Source of the DNA: a virus
IMG/VR virus record: IMGVR_UViG_3300040770_000547
Reading direction: 5' to 3' (one strand)
Length of the DNA stretch: 64,000 bases
Below, piece by piece: positions 42,686 to 51,655 of this stretch. The position numbers and the translations under genes were made by a program. Each line of letters starts with the position of its first letter. The first letter of the stretch is position 1. Below the pieces are notes generated by a model. The model did no database searches. It saw only the letters and a list, made by a program, of their open reading frames with translations, and had not been told where the DNA came from.

Positions 42686-42880
42686 CTTACCGAGATGATA
42701 AAAAAAACTAAATTAACGAAGTTTTATGTATTCTGTGGAACTTGGTAAGTAAAGTAAGCTTGCTGCTGTTTTCGGTTGAAGCCTGAGAATCAGCGAGGAC
42801 GATGGACAGGCAACCGTCAAAACTCGGAGTCCTCATTACGGTAGCGAAACGGCTCTGGGCACGAAATCCAGGGCCGTTTT
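42686..42880 (+). ncRNA. candidate structured RNA (four hairpins)
   Basis: 10-, 7-, 6+5- and 12-bp stems in series. Confidence 0.45.
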
Positions 42881-43064
42881 ATATTTAATACAATTGTAAA
42901 ATAATTCAGGTCATGATGCAAAACATGTACATTGCTTATATGAGAGGTTTTGAAAACAAACCTAAGCCTAAATATATCAAAGGAAGCCTTGTCGAAAAAG
43001 AGTACGATAAAGGCAAAAAAGACAGAGTAAATAAATTACCTAACAGGTATTTAAAGTCTTAAAT

Positions 43065-43204
43065 GGAGGCATAGCTGTTAAGATTGCATTCTAACACAGT
43101 AAGTGGGTCGCCGATGAGCTGATATTACTGCACAACATGCGCGCTAAAGATGTAAGTGATCAGTTATGTACGCGGCAAGGGAGGTTCGATTCCTCCTGTC
43201 TCTA
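43065..43204 (+). ncRNA. expanded tRNA-like RNA (140 nt)
   Basis: GGAGGCA/TGTCTCT acceptor, GGAGG-TTCGATT-CCTCC T-arm, ends ACA; no canonical anticodon arm. Confidence 0.55.
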
Positions 43205-43225
43205 CAAACAATTAAATAAGAAACA

Positions 43226-44134
43226 ATGAGAGAAAATGAAAAAGAAAAGCAAGGTCATGCTCTTAAATTATCAGAGCTTGTAGTAGGTGAATGGTATGGT
43301 TGTAGCAGTTGGGAATCAAACATAAAAGCAAAATACAGTATTCATTCATTGTTTGATGCAGATAAATTCGACTATACGGAGAGAACAAATAAAGACGGCA
43401 GTATTAATACTAGACCTGATTGGTTAAGAATATACAGTTATTCAAGGTTTTCTAAAACAACCATCGAAACCGGGCCTGCAGATTCAACAGAAACTCCTTG
43501 GTATGTGTACGTTCCGAACAAAAGTAGTGAATATCCGCAACTTGAATTTTGGAGAAGAGGAACTGGATTAGATAAACGAGGAAGTTGGTCTATAGGTCAG
43601 TATATAAAACACGATAGAACTGTACATAAATTTAGACCGGATAACTGTATTGCAAGATCCTACGAATCTTTTTTAGAAGACGTCTATTTACCTTATTTAA
43701 AAAGGTTTATTAGAAGTGATGCACAGACTTACTGCTACCCTTTTCAGTTAAAAGAAGGAGATAAGTTTAAATTGACCTCTTCTATATCTGCAAAAGTTGA
43801 AGAGTTAAGGAGAATAGTGAGTATTACTCATATCGGCCTAATTTATTACACTACAGACTCTTTACTCGCTAAATCCATGAATAACTTAGTTAGTTTAAAG
43901 TTATGTAATAATACATCACTTAGCGAAAAAGCCATAGATTTTCTAAAAAATACTCCAATTGAAAACTACCATGTTTTTAACCCGTATTCACCTGGAGAGT
44001 GTTTTGGACCTGGTATAATACCAATGATTACAACACCTGCAGAACCAAAAGAAATAATATACCCTAAAATGCCGAACAAAGGGCTAAGAAAAATGCAGGC
44101 AAAACCACTTTTAAACATAACAAAAACAATTTAA
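43226..44134 (+). CDS. mosaic hypothetical protein
   Basis: 302-aa ORF, no catalytic motif recognised. Confidence 0.78.
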   Translation: MRENEKEKQGHALKLSELVVGEWYGCSSWESNIKAKYSIHSLFDADKFDYTERTNKDGSINTRPDWLRIYSYSRFSKTTIETGPADSTETPWYVYVPNKSSEYPQLEFWRRGTGLDKRGSWSIGQYIKHDRTVHKFRPDNCIARSYESFLEDVYLPYLKRFIRSDAQTYCYPFQLKEGDKFKLTSSISAKVEELRRIVSITHIGLIYYTTDSLLAKSMNNLVSLKLCNNTSLSEKAIDFLKNTPIENYHVFNPYSPGECFGPGIIPMITTPAEPKEIIYPKMPNKGLRKMQAKPLLNITKTI

Positions 44135-44144
44135 AACAAAAATC

Positions 44145-44489
44145 ATGAGCACAATTTCAAATTTCGTAAACACAGTTATTGCAATCATCAAAGGAGATGA
44201 TGCTGAAGTTATCGGTTTAAAAATACAAAAAAGAGCTGTTGCGGTACTTACTGCTCAAATTGCTGTAAAAGTATGCAGAACTCTTTCTTTAGAAGGAATA
44301 GAAGATCTTGCTGAAGATAACCTAAACAAAGCCAGGGTGAATAATGGTACTCTAATTGTCAACGACGATCAGTATATACAAAAATTACTTGACGCTAAAT
44401 TCAAGTTCGATCAAGCGGCTTCTGATCTTTCAGACCACAAACAAGATATCGAGTTCTTGAAAAAAGAGCTTGAAAACGCTAAGAAATAA
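44145..44489 (+). CDS. coiled-coil hypothetical protein
   Basis: Helical heptads. Confidence 0.8.
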   Translation: MSTISNFVNTVIAIIKGDDAEVIGLKIQKRAVAVLTAQIAVKVCRTLSLEGIEDLAEDNLNKARVNNGTLIVNDDQYIQKLLDAKFKFDQAASDLSDHKQDIEFLKKELENAKK

Positions 44490-44797
44490 TGTCCAAAATA
44501 AAAGTTGAAAAAGTAATATACCGCCATGGAAAAGGCCACGCTTTAAAATGGCGGGATATAAAACACCTTGAACTAAAGGATGACGATGTAATACATGCAG
44601 CTTGGGTTGATGATGATAATTTTGATTATCAAGGATATTGGCTAGGCAACATAACTAGGATGGTTGAAGAGTCAGATGAACAGTACGAGAAAAGAATACA
44701 AAGGGCAAAGATTTCTGTAGCTGAGTTAAAGAAACGCAGGTATGAAAATTACCTTAAACTTAAAAAAGAATTTGAAAATGACAAAAAAAAGGTCTAA
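44489..44797 (+). CDS. hypothetical protein
   Basis: TAATG overlap. Confidence 0.78.
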   Translation: MSKIKVEKVIYRHGKGHALKWRDIKHLELKDDDVIHAAWVDDDNFDYQGYWLGNITRMVEESDEQYEKRIQRAKISVAELKKRRYENYLKLKKEFENDKKKV

Positions 44798-45059
44798 ATC
44801 AGATCCCCCGAAAGAAAAAGCAGATGAGAGCAACATTCTTAGTTACACTGTTTCAGGTACATTATATGGAACAGTTTCATCAATTCCTGCAATGCAAGCA
44901 ATTGAAGTATGGAGTCCTACAGTCCAAATAAGACAGTTACTACGAGAAGAGAAAATAAACTCTCAAGACGCTAAAATGACTTTATTTCTACAGCAAGGTT
45001 GGATAAATCTTCAAGGGAATATAAAATGGGTAGACGTTCCGATAGTCTTTAACCCATAA
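44778..45059 (+). CDS. hypothetical protein (start moved from 44742)
   Basis: LQQGW...WVDVP motif. Confidence 0.68.
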   Translation: MTKKRSKSDPPKEKADESNILSYTVSGTLYGTVSSIPAMQAIEVWSPTVQIRQLLREEKINSQDAKMTLFLQQGWINLQGNIKWVDVPIVFNP

Positions 45060-45086
45060 TTAAATCATTGAAATATTACATTTAAA

Positions 45087-45117
45087 CGCGTATAAGTTAA
45101 TTTTAACCTATATTTGC
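45087..45117 (+). promoter_or_regulatory. promoter candidate with TATATTTG -7 box
   Basis: GCGTATAAG-N8-AACC-TATATTTGC upstream of the Acb2-like/thyA genes. Confidence 0.55.
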
Positions 45118-45160
45118 GTATGTAGAAAACCTACAGAAATATAACTCAAACATTTAGATA

Positions 45161-45412
45161 ATGGAAAGTACAAACAAAAACCCATCCTTAGGAGAAACAA
45201 GAGTAAGAGTCGATTTTAATGTTGCAAACAGTTCTGATGTAACTAAAGTTAAAATTGAATCTGCAAAAAGCATAGACTTCATGCAATCTTTAAGAGTAAA
45301 TAAAGATGGAGTATCAGCAAGCTCTGAAAAGCAACGTCTAATATCAATGGCTCAAACAGCTTATGAGGAAGCAGGAATGTGGGCTGTTAAAGCAATAACT
45401 GAAGGTATATAG
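45161..45412 (+). CDS. Acb2/Tad1-family-like signal-sponge protein
   Basis: SLGETRVR..FN and RLISMAQTAYEEAGMWAVKAI helix-hairpin motif. Confidence 0.68.
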   Translation: MESTNKNPSLGETRVRVDFNVANSSDVTKVKIESAKSIDFMQSLRVNKDGVSASSEKQRLISMAQTAYEEAGMWAVKAITEGI

Positions 45413-45414
45413 TT

Positions 45415-46587
45415 ATGGCGCACACAGACAAAACATATAAAACCCTCTGTACCAAAATAAACACAGAGGGCAGGTTATATGAAGACAAGAGCAGAAATGT
45501 ATCTCGTATTCAAATTACGAGTCACACACTGAGACACAACTTCAGCAATGGTTTTCCGGCTTTATCAGCAAAACAACTCCCTTACAAGTTTGTAAAGGGA
45601 GAACTGATATGGTTCCTTAGAGGAGACACACATATCAAGTACTTGTTAGATAACGGAATTCCTATATGGAACAAAGATGCCTACAACCTTTATGTCAAAG
45701 TAACTTCAGCAAATCTTGACTCTGATGCAAATCATATGTACAGAAAAAACTTAGATGGAAGCTTCAGTATGTTCAGCATGGAAGAATTCATTCATATAGT
45801 AATGCTGCACCCAATTGAAGTTTTGCATGAAGCATTCTCTTACGAAAGGTATACCATGGGAGATGTAGGTAGAAACTACTCTGCGCAATGGAGAAGCTAT
45901 AAAGGAGAAGCTATTGCCTATAACTCTGATAATAACAGTTTCATTTATGAAAGACATGATCAAATTAAAGAACTGATTGCAGACATGCGCGAAAACATCA
46001 TGAGTACCAGATTAAAAGTTGCCTCATGGAATCCAAGCGAAATAAACAAAACAGCGCTTCCTCCATGTCACGACAATTTCCAAGTCATAGGAGTTCCTTT
46101 GTTCGATAATGAAATGATCGCTCTAGCCGGAAAGAACGGAGCAAATATTTCAAAGCAAATGAAACGCGAAGAGTTAATAAAAATGGGTATTCCAGAGTAC
46201 GGATTTGAAGTGCATTGGGGACAAAGAAGCACAGATACGTTTCTTGGTTTCCCATTCAACATAGCTTCTTACGCTACACTAGCTAAGATACTTGAAGAAA
46301 TTACTTTGTTTGTAGCCTTAGGAGTCGAAGGTAATCTAAAATGCGTTCATTTCTATGACAACCAATTTGAAGCAGTAGAGACCCTATTAAAAAGAGATAC
46401 TGATGTGCACGAAGACTGCACACTGGAGGTTTCTCAAGAATTCAAAGACCTGTGTCAATTGTTTAGAGAAAATCAAATCACCCTAGACGTATTATTTAAT
46501 CTAATGAGTATCGATATGTTTAAGCTTAGCGGATACACTTCCGATAAAGCTATAAGTGTAGAAATGCTTGCACCAATAAAAATATAA
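45415..46587 (+). CDS. thyA: thymidylate synthase
   Basis: ELIWFLRG, LPPCH, QRSTDTFLGFPFNIASY, HFYDN. Confidence 0.95.
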   Translation: MAHTDKTYKTLCTKINTEGRLYEDKSRNVSRIQITSHTLRHNFSNGFPALSAKQLPYKFVKGELIWFLRGDTHIKYLLDNGIPIWNKDAYNLYVKVTSANLDSDANHMYRKNLDGSFSMFSMEEFIHIVMLHPIEVLHEAFSYERYTMGDVGRNYSAQWRSYKGEAIAYNSDNNSFIYERHDQIKELIADMRENIMSTRLKVASWNPSEINKTALPPCHDNFQVIGVPLFDNEMIALAGKNGANISKQMKREELIKMGIPEYGFEVHWGQRSTDTFLGFPFNIASYATLAKILEEITLFVALGVEGNLKCVHFYDNQFEAVETLLKRDTDVHEDCTLEVSQEFKDLCQLFRENQITLDVLFNLMSIDMFKLSGYTSDKAISVEMLAPIKI

Positions 46588-46589
46588 AA

Positions 46590-46862
46590 ATGCCAAGTCC
46601 TAAAAGACAAGCTGTTATCTGTCATAAGATAGCAGCTTTAAGCTATTTATTAGCCGAAGCTCTAGATGAGCTAAATCCAGAAGTTGCAGACTCTAATCCA
46701 TTCAAAAAGCAATGTGATGCCATGGCTGATAAGTGCAATGAAATTGTCAGTGATGTCTTTGGAGTACAAGAAATAGCCTCCTCTACATATCTTCAAAACA
46801 TGAGTACTCAAGTGGATACTGCGATAAGAAGAAATTATGTTAGAATTCCAGGCAGTGAGTAA
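46590..46862 (+). CDS. hypothetical protein
   Basis: Tightly packed. Confidence 0.78.
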   Translation: MPSPKRQAVICHKIAALSYLLAEALDELNPEVADSNPFKKQCDAMADKCNEIVSDVFGVQEIASSTYLQNMSTQVDTAIRRNYVRIPGSE

Positions 46863-46882
46863 TAACCCTTAAAAAAAGACCG

Positions 46883-47542
46883 ATGAATAAACAATCGTAT
46901 AAAAAAGCAGCTTTAGAGCACGGAGACTTTCAAAGCCCTGTACAAGCAATTCAACACCACGTAGAATTGGCTATGGCACATGCATTTCTATTTATGGACG
47001 GAACCGAGCCGGACAGAATAATGCATATTTTAAATATGGCCTTAGTTGAAATACTATCTCCAAAAGCTTTGGTGCCTGAAGTTATTGCAGTACCAGAAAA
47101 GCCTCTTGTTATTGATTTATTTTCAAATGTACCAGAGCCTTCTTCAATACCTGAAGAAAATGTAATAGCTGAAGAGCATATCTCAACTGTAAAAACTGTC
47201 ATAGTAGGAGATACAGAAAAAATAGTGTTCCCAGACCGTGCAGTAGCTCTAGCTACATTAATTCAAGACTCCATGTTGTCCAGCAGAGCAAAAATAATTT
47301 TCTCAAGGACTTCTTTATTAACCCTAGGAGATGTTATGAAGTATAATAACAACGAAATAAGCGTATTTGCTGGCATTGGGTTCAATACTTTAGCTGAAAT
47401 AATAGGTCGATTAAAGACTTACTATGGCCTTCACTTAACTATTTTTGAAAAAGGGCCTACATTACAAGAACAAAAAAATGCCAAGAAAGCAGCAAATCAA
47501 AAAAAGCCGTCTTCTGATGATTTTGGTAGAATAAGCGTTTAG
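46883..47542 (+). CDS. protein with RNA-polymerase alpha C-terminal-domain-like module
   Basis: LSSRAK.I...S.LTLGDV....EI..F.GIG..TLAEI...L...GL resembles alphaCTD. Confidence 0.62.
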   Translation: MNKQSYKKAALEHGDFQSPVQAIQHHVELAMAHAFLFMDGTEPDRIMHILNMALVEILSPKALVPEVIAVPEKPLVIDLFSNVPEPSSIPEENVIAEEHISTVKTVIVGDTEKIVFPDRAVALATLIQDSMLSSRAKIIFSRTSLLTLGDVMKYNNNEISVFAGIGFNTLAEIIGRLKTYYGLHLTIFEKGPTLQEQKNAKKAANQKKPSSDDFGRISV

Positions 47543-47566
47543 TCTAATCCCCAAATAAATCTAAAA

Positions 47567-47827
47567 ATGTATACCTGCGACAAATGTAAAGGGACTTCTA
47601 CAGACTCAAAGTTCTGTGAAAACCCTGCCTGCCCGTTAATGCCCTGCTGCATGCAAGTTGAAGAAATGTGTGCCTGTGATATTGAGAGCTCTTTTTACTC
47701 TCCACTGGATTCCAAAATACTCAATAAAATATTCGAAGTGTCTTTAATAAACGATACTATGAAGTTCTTTTTTGAAGATCAGGAAATAACTGTCTTACAC
47801 TGCTATGCTTCCCTAAGTCAAAACTAA
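47567..47827 (+). CDS. Cys-rich hypothetical protein
   Basis: CDKC...C...C...PCC...C.C. Confidence 0.7.
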   Translation: MYTCDKCKGTSTDSKFCENPACPLMPCCMQVEEMCACDIESSFYSPLDSKILNKIFEVSLINDTMKFFFEDQEITVLHCYASLSQN

Positions 47828-47836
47828 ATTAAACAT

Positions 47837-47870
47837 AAGCCTTTGCTGCTAACGTATCAAGGGCTTTTCT
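47837..47870 (+). terminator. terminator
   Basis: AAGCCTTTG/CAAGGGCTT then T-run. Confidence 0.65.
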
Positions 47871-47889
47871 ATCTAAAAACTAAGCAGAA

Positions 47890-48360
47890 ATGATAAAACA
47901 TAATATAGAAGAAGAGGCAAAGCTTATGGCTTTACCTGAAGGAACCTCGGTTACAGTAGAAGGAATTACAGGCAAACTTACTATTAAACCTTATCCTGCC
48001 GGCTATGAAAATACTATAAAAGTAGTTCTTGAGTACATGGGAGAAATGGATGAAGATCTCTTTGATGATTTTGATGAAGCAGTTGGAAATACATTTGATG
48101 AACTCATTGAATTTTACAGAAAGCACGGTGGAGGATTTGTTGAAGATAAAAAGTCTGTTGCATTCAGAAAGCCTACGTTAATAGAGATTTACGAATTTAA
48201 CGCTTTTTACGAATCTTATGAGTTTGGTATTGAATACGAACAAGAAGAAGACTTTAATGTCAATCCAAGAGACATAAGTAAAGGCCTTATTAAAAAAGGA
48301 CAGTCTGTAGTATGCTACGAGTACCCTGCATCAGCTTATCAAATAAACGTAAAAAAATAA
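47890..48360 (+). CDS. acidic hypothetical protein
   Basis: Co-oriented ORF. Confidence 0.78.
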   Translation: MIKHNIEEEAKLMALPEGTSVTVEGITGKLTIKPYPAGYENTIKVVLEYMGEMDEDLFDDFDEAVGNTFDELIEFYRKHGGGFVEDKKSVAFRKPTLIEIYEFNAFYESYEFGIEYEQEEDFNVNPRDISKGLIKKGQSVVCYEYPASAYQINVKK

Positions 48361-48365
48361 CTGTC

Positions 48366-48617
48366 ATGATACTAAAAAAAGGAAAATTCACTGTTGACAG
48401 ACAAAAGCTCGTAATTTATTCAACAGATGTAATTACAACTTTAATTGCCTGTAATGCAATAAAAGACATAGTCTTAGGAGGAGAATTCATAATTACCGCT
48501 GAAGATATTTTAGAAAAAAGAAAGCACATTCCCGCATCTCTTTTAAACGAAGAGTTGCCTGAAGGCTATACCAGCGCGCATCACTCTATTATTAACATAG
48601 TTTATAAACCAAACTAA
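48366..48617 (+). CDS. hypothetical protein (start moved from 48312)
   Basis: MILKKGK start after previous stop. Confidence 0.7.
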   Translation: MILKKGKFTVDRQKLVIYSTDVITTLIACNAIKDIVLGGEFIITAEDILEKRKHIPASLLNEELPEGYTSAHHSIINIVYKPN

Positions 48618-48618
48618 C

Positions 48619-49716
48619 ATGAAATTTTCACCTCAACTATTACCAAATAACCCTGCAGGAATAACACCTGATTGGGAAGCATTATTAACTCCAATTTCTG
48701 ACTACATGGCCTCTGATAAGGCTGATGGAGGTCGTGTAGAATGCGGAGAAGACGGATCAGCATTAGGAAGAAGCTTAAAACCTATTCCAAGTGAGCATAT
48801 TAAAGCAATGACAAAAGACCTTTCGCTGTTATTACAACACGAAGGATACGTTGAAGCTGAATTGTACAGCCCCAACATGAACTTTGCTGAGATCATGCAT
48901 TTCTTTCGATCGGAAGACGTTACTTCATTAAAATCTCGTAAAAAACATGAGGCAGAATGGAAAAAAACAGTCGGTGGAACTATCTCCTACACTAAAAAAG
49001 TAGGTAATGTAAATGTAGATCAGCACTGGGAATATCCGGGAAGAGATGTCGACTGGTTATGTACTTGGCAACCTTGCCTAAAGCTGTACGTTTTTGACCA
49101 TATTAAAGGAATTGATGACAGCCGCACCAAAGAACAGCGCTATGAATCCCTTCAAGCTATATGGGACAACAGCAGAATAATCGATGATTTAAATGACATA
49201 GCAGTCTTAGTTAAGCAAACTCAATATACAAGTATTGACGAAGTTTTCCAAGCTTATGATCAAGCTATCATCAGTGGATACGAAGGCCTTGTAATGATGC
49301 ATAAAAACTCTTCTTATAAAATGGGAAGACATAGCCTAAATTCAGGTATGGCATACAAAATCAAAGAAGACAACCTTCAATTTGATGGTGTGATTCTGTC
49401 GCTAGAAGAGGGTACAGAAGTCATAGAAGGAGTAGATAAGAAAATCAACGAGTTAGGCAGAAGTGTAACTTCAAAATTAAAAGAACACCGTACTCCAAGT
49501 GGATTATGCAAAGGCTTCAAAGTTCTTATGGACGATGGTAACGAACTTACCGTTTCTTTAAAGGATTACCCTCACCCAGAGCGTAGGGCTATGCTTTTAG
49601 ACCCTTCTCCTTATATTGGACAGACAATACGTTTCACCGGAATGGGTGCCGTAAAAGAAGGCGGATGTCCTCGTCATGCCCATTACACAAAAGGGAATAT
49701 CAGGGATGAAAAGTAG
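48619..49716 (+). CDS. ATP-dependent DNA ligase
   Basis: SDKADGGR (KxDG), EAELY, LYVFD, YEGLVM, YKIK, C-terminal OB fold. Confidence 0.9.
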   Translation: MKFSPQLLPNNPAGITPDWEALLTPISDYMASDKADGGRVECGEDGSALGRSLKPIPSEHIKAMTKDLSLLLQHEGYVEAELYSPNMNFAEIMHFFRSEDVTSLKSRKKHEAEWKKTVGGTISYTKKVGNVNVDQHWEYPGRDVDWLCTWQPCLKLYVFDHIKGIDDSRTKEQRYESLQAIWDNSRIIDDLNDIAVLVKQTQYTSIDEVFQAYDQAIISGYEGLVMMHKNSSYKMGRHSLNSGMAYKIKEDNLQFDGVILSLEEGTEVIEGVDKKINELGRSVTSKLKEHRTPSGLCKGFKVLMDDGNELTVSLKDYPHPERRAMLLDPSPYIGQTIRFTGMGAVKEGGCPRHAHYTKGNIRDEK

Positions 49717-49954
49717 CACTTTACAATTACTTGAAAAACTAAAATACGACGTGCTTGACATTCATTATATCTACAGCTTTTTTTCAATAAAAATGATCAT
49801 AGGAGGAGTAGAAACAACATCAATGAACTCTCCTAACGGATATTGCAAACTAACTAAACTAGCTGTAGGTGGAGACAAATTCTATATAAACCAAGCTATA
49901 GAGTTTGGAAGAGCAGGACTAGAATTCACTGATGTGCAATTCAGATCAAAATAA
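49706..49954 (+). CDS. hypothetical protein
   Basis: Overlap packing. Confidence 0.65.
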   Translation: MKSSTLQLLEKLKYDVLDIHYIYSFFSIKMIIGGVETTSMNSPNGYCKLTKLAVGGDKFYINQAIEFGRAGLEFTDVQFRSK

Positions 49955-49975
49955 TTAAACTTTAATAACAATTAA

Positions 49976-50650
49976 ATGAAAAATACATTACAAACCGTAC
50001 TAACTATATCAAACACAGACATAGTGACAATGCTTGTAGTAAAGCAAAAAGAAGAGTTAATCTTAAAAGTTCCAATTCTAAGACAACAAAAAATAGATTT
50101 ATTATCAAAATACGTAGCTATTTTAGAAGCAAATTTGCAAAAAAGATGGGATGAAAATAATTCAAAAGATGCAATACTAAGCGCTGCAAAAACAGTTGTT
50201 TCTCTTTATAACCCAGGTATAGAGTTTACTATACTTGCAGATAACACTATGCTTGAAGCTGCAACAAGAAGAGTACATAACACTTTCGGTAATAGATTAA
50301 ATTATTCTGGTAATAACCTGCCTTCATATAAAAACTCGTTTTCGGTAGGACCTCTTCCAATGTTATCAACAGAGTGGGTACACGAAAAAGACGAAAGATC
50401 GTTTAATGCGTTTATGTTTGCAAGTTTTTCACTTGTAGAAAAAAATAAAGAGTCTGAAAAGCTTATTTCTCTAGAAAAAGAAGATAACATTAAACTTGTA
50501 GAAATTGACGTAGAAATAACTAAAATCGATAGCTTTCTAAAAGACGATAAGAAATTACACGACCATATCGTTGCCCAAATGACTGAAAGAGCTATTGAAA
50601 ACAATCAAGAAATGAAAGTACTGCTTTCTGGAATCAAACTACTTTCTTAA
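49976..50650 (+). CDS. hypothetical protein
   Basis: 224 aa, coiled-coil ends. Confidence 0.8.
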   Translation: MKNTLQTVLTISNTDIVTMLVVKQKEELILKVPILRQQKIDLLSKYVAILEANLQKRWDENNSKDAILSAAKTVVSLYNPGIEFTILADNTMLEAATRRVHNTFGNRLNYSGNNLPSYKNSFSVGPLPMLSTEWVHEKDERSFNAFMFASFSLVEKNKESEKLISLEKEDNIKLVEIDVEITKIDSFLKDDKKLHDHIVAQMTERAIENNQEMKVLLSGIKLLS

Positions 50651-50830
50651 ATGAGCTTCGACGAGATAGAAACAATAGTTATATTAGTACAACTTAAAAA
50701 TGGTTCTGCCCATCAAGTACTTACATCTAAAGAAAACAAAGAAGTAGCTTTAAGAATGATAGCTATTCAAGATGAGTCGTTGAAACTGGACAAAGAAATA
50801 ATGCCAGTAGTATTCACCATTAAAAAGTAA
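50651..50830 (+). CDS. hypothetical protein (59 aa)
   Basis: Abuts previous stop; VQLKNGSAHQV; below track cutoff. Confidence 0.65.
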   Translation: MSFDEIETIVILVQLKNGSAHQVLTSKENKEVALRMIAIQDESLKLDKEIMPVVFTIKK

Positions 50831-50847
50831 CCAATAAATACGTTAAT

Positions 50848-51189
50848 ATGGATAAAATTGAACAGATTGCAAGAATGTGCCATCAAACCAACAAAGCTTG
50901 GTGCGAGCTAAATGGAGATAATTCTCAAAAAGACTGGGACGAAGCACAACAATGGCAAAGAGACAGCGCTATCAAAGGCGTAGAATTTAAACTTGACAAC
51001 CCTGATGCAGGGCACGACGCGCAACACAATGCTTGGATGGCTGATAAAATAGCTGACGGCTGGGTGTATGGCGAAGAAAAAGATGAGATGCTTAAGACAC
51101 ATCACTGTATAGTAGCGTTTGAAAAACTGCCGGAATTCCAACAGAAAAAAGATGCATTATTTGTTAACATTGTAAATACCTTAAAATAA
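50848..51189 (+). CDS. RyR-domain protein
   Basis: QHNAWMADKIADGWVYGEEKD..KTHHCIVAFEKLPEFQQKKD. Confidence 0.88.
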   Translation: MDKIEQIARMCHQTNKAWCELNGDNSQKDWDEAQQWQRDSAIKGVEFKLDNPDAGHDAQHNAWMADKIADGWVYGEEKDEMLKTHHCIVAFEKLPEFQQKKDALFVNIVNTLK

Positions 51190-51190
51190 G

Positions 51191-51655
51191 ATGGATTTAA
51201 GAGAAGAAATTAAAGCGTCGATCGAAAAAAACTTACCTAAACAAGTAGGGGATACTTTAAGAAAACGTCTAGAGCAAGCAGATAGTTTTGAAAAAGAGAA
51301 TGAAGCCTTAAAAGCAGGTCTTGAGCAATCAAAAACCCTTGCAGAAGTATTAAGAGGCCAAATATCTCAATTAGAAAAGCTAAAAATGGTTGTGGCAGAG
51401 TTAAACGCAAGAGAAAAGGCCCTTGAACAAAGAGAAATTGGCTTAGAAGTAACACTGCTTAAAGCAGAACTTGAGTCAGAAAAATCAAAATCTGAGTTTG
51501 GTTTCAATGTAGCACTCGGTCTTGTAAGAAACTCAGTATTTAGAAAAAGCCTTATTGATAGCAAAACATTGCCTCCAATACCGGGGCAAAACGGAAACTA
51601 TAATACACCTCAAAATACGTTTCAAAATTCTAATGAAACTACTACTGAAGAATAA
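51191..51655 (+). CDS. coiled-coil hypothetical protein
   Basis: LPKQVGD.LRKRL motif, heptads. Confidence 0.8.
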   Translation: MDLREEIKASIEKNLPKQVGDTLRKRLEQADSFEKENEALKAGLEQSKTLAEVLRGQISQLEKLKMVVAELNAREKALEQREIGLEVTLLKAELESEKSKSEFGFNVALGLVRNSVFRKSLIDSKTLPPIPGQNGNYNTPQNTFQNSNETTTEE

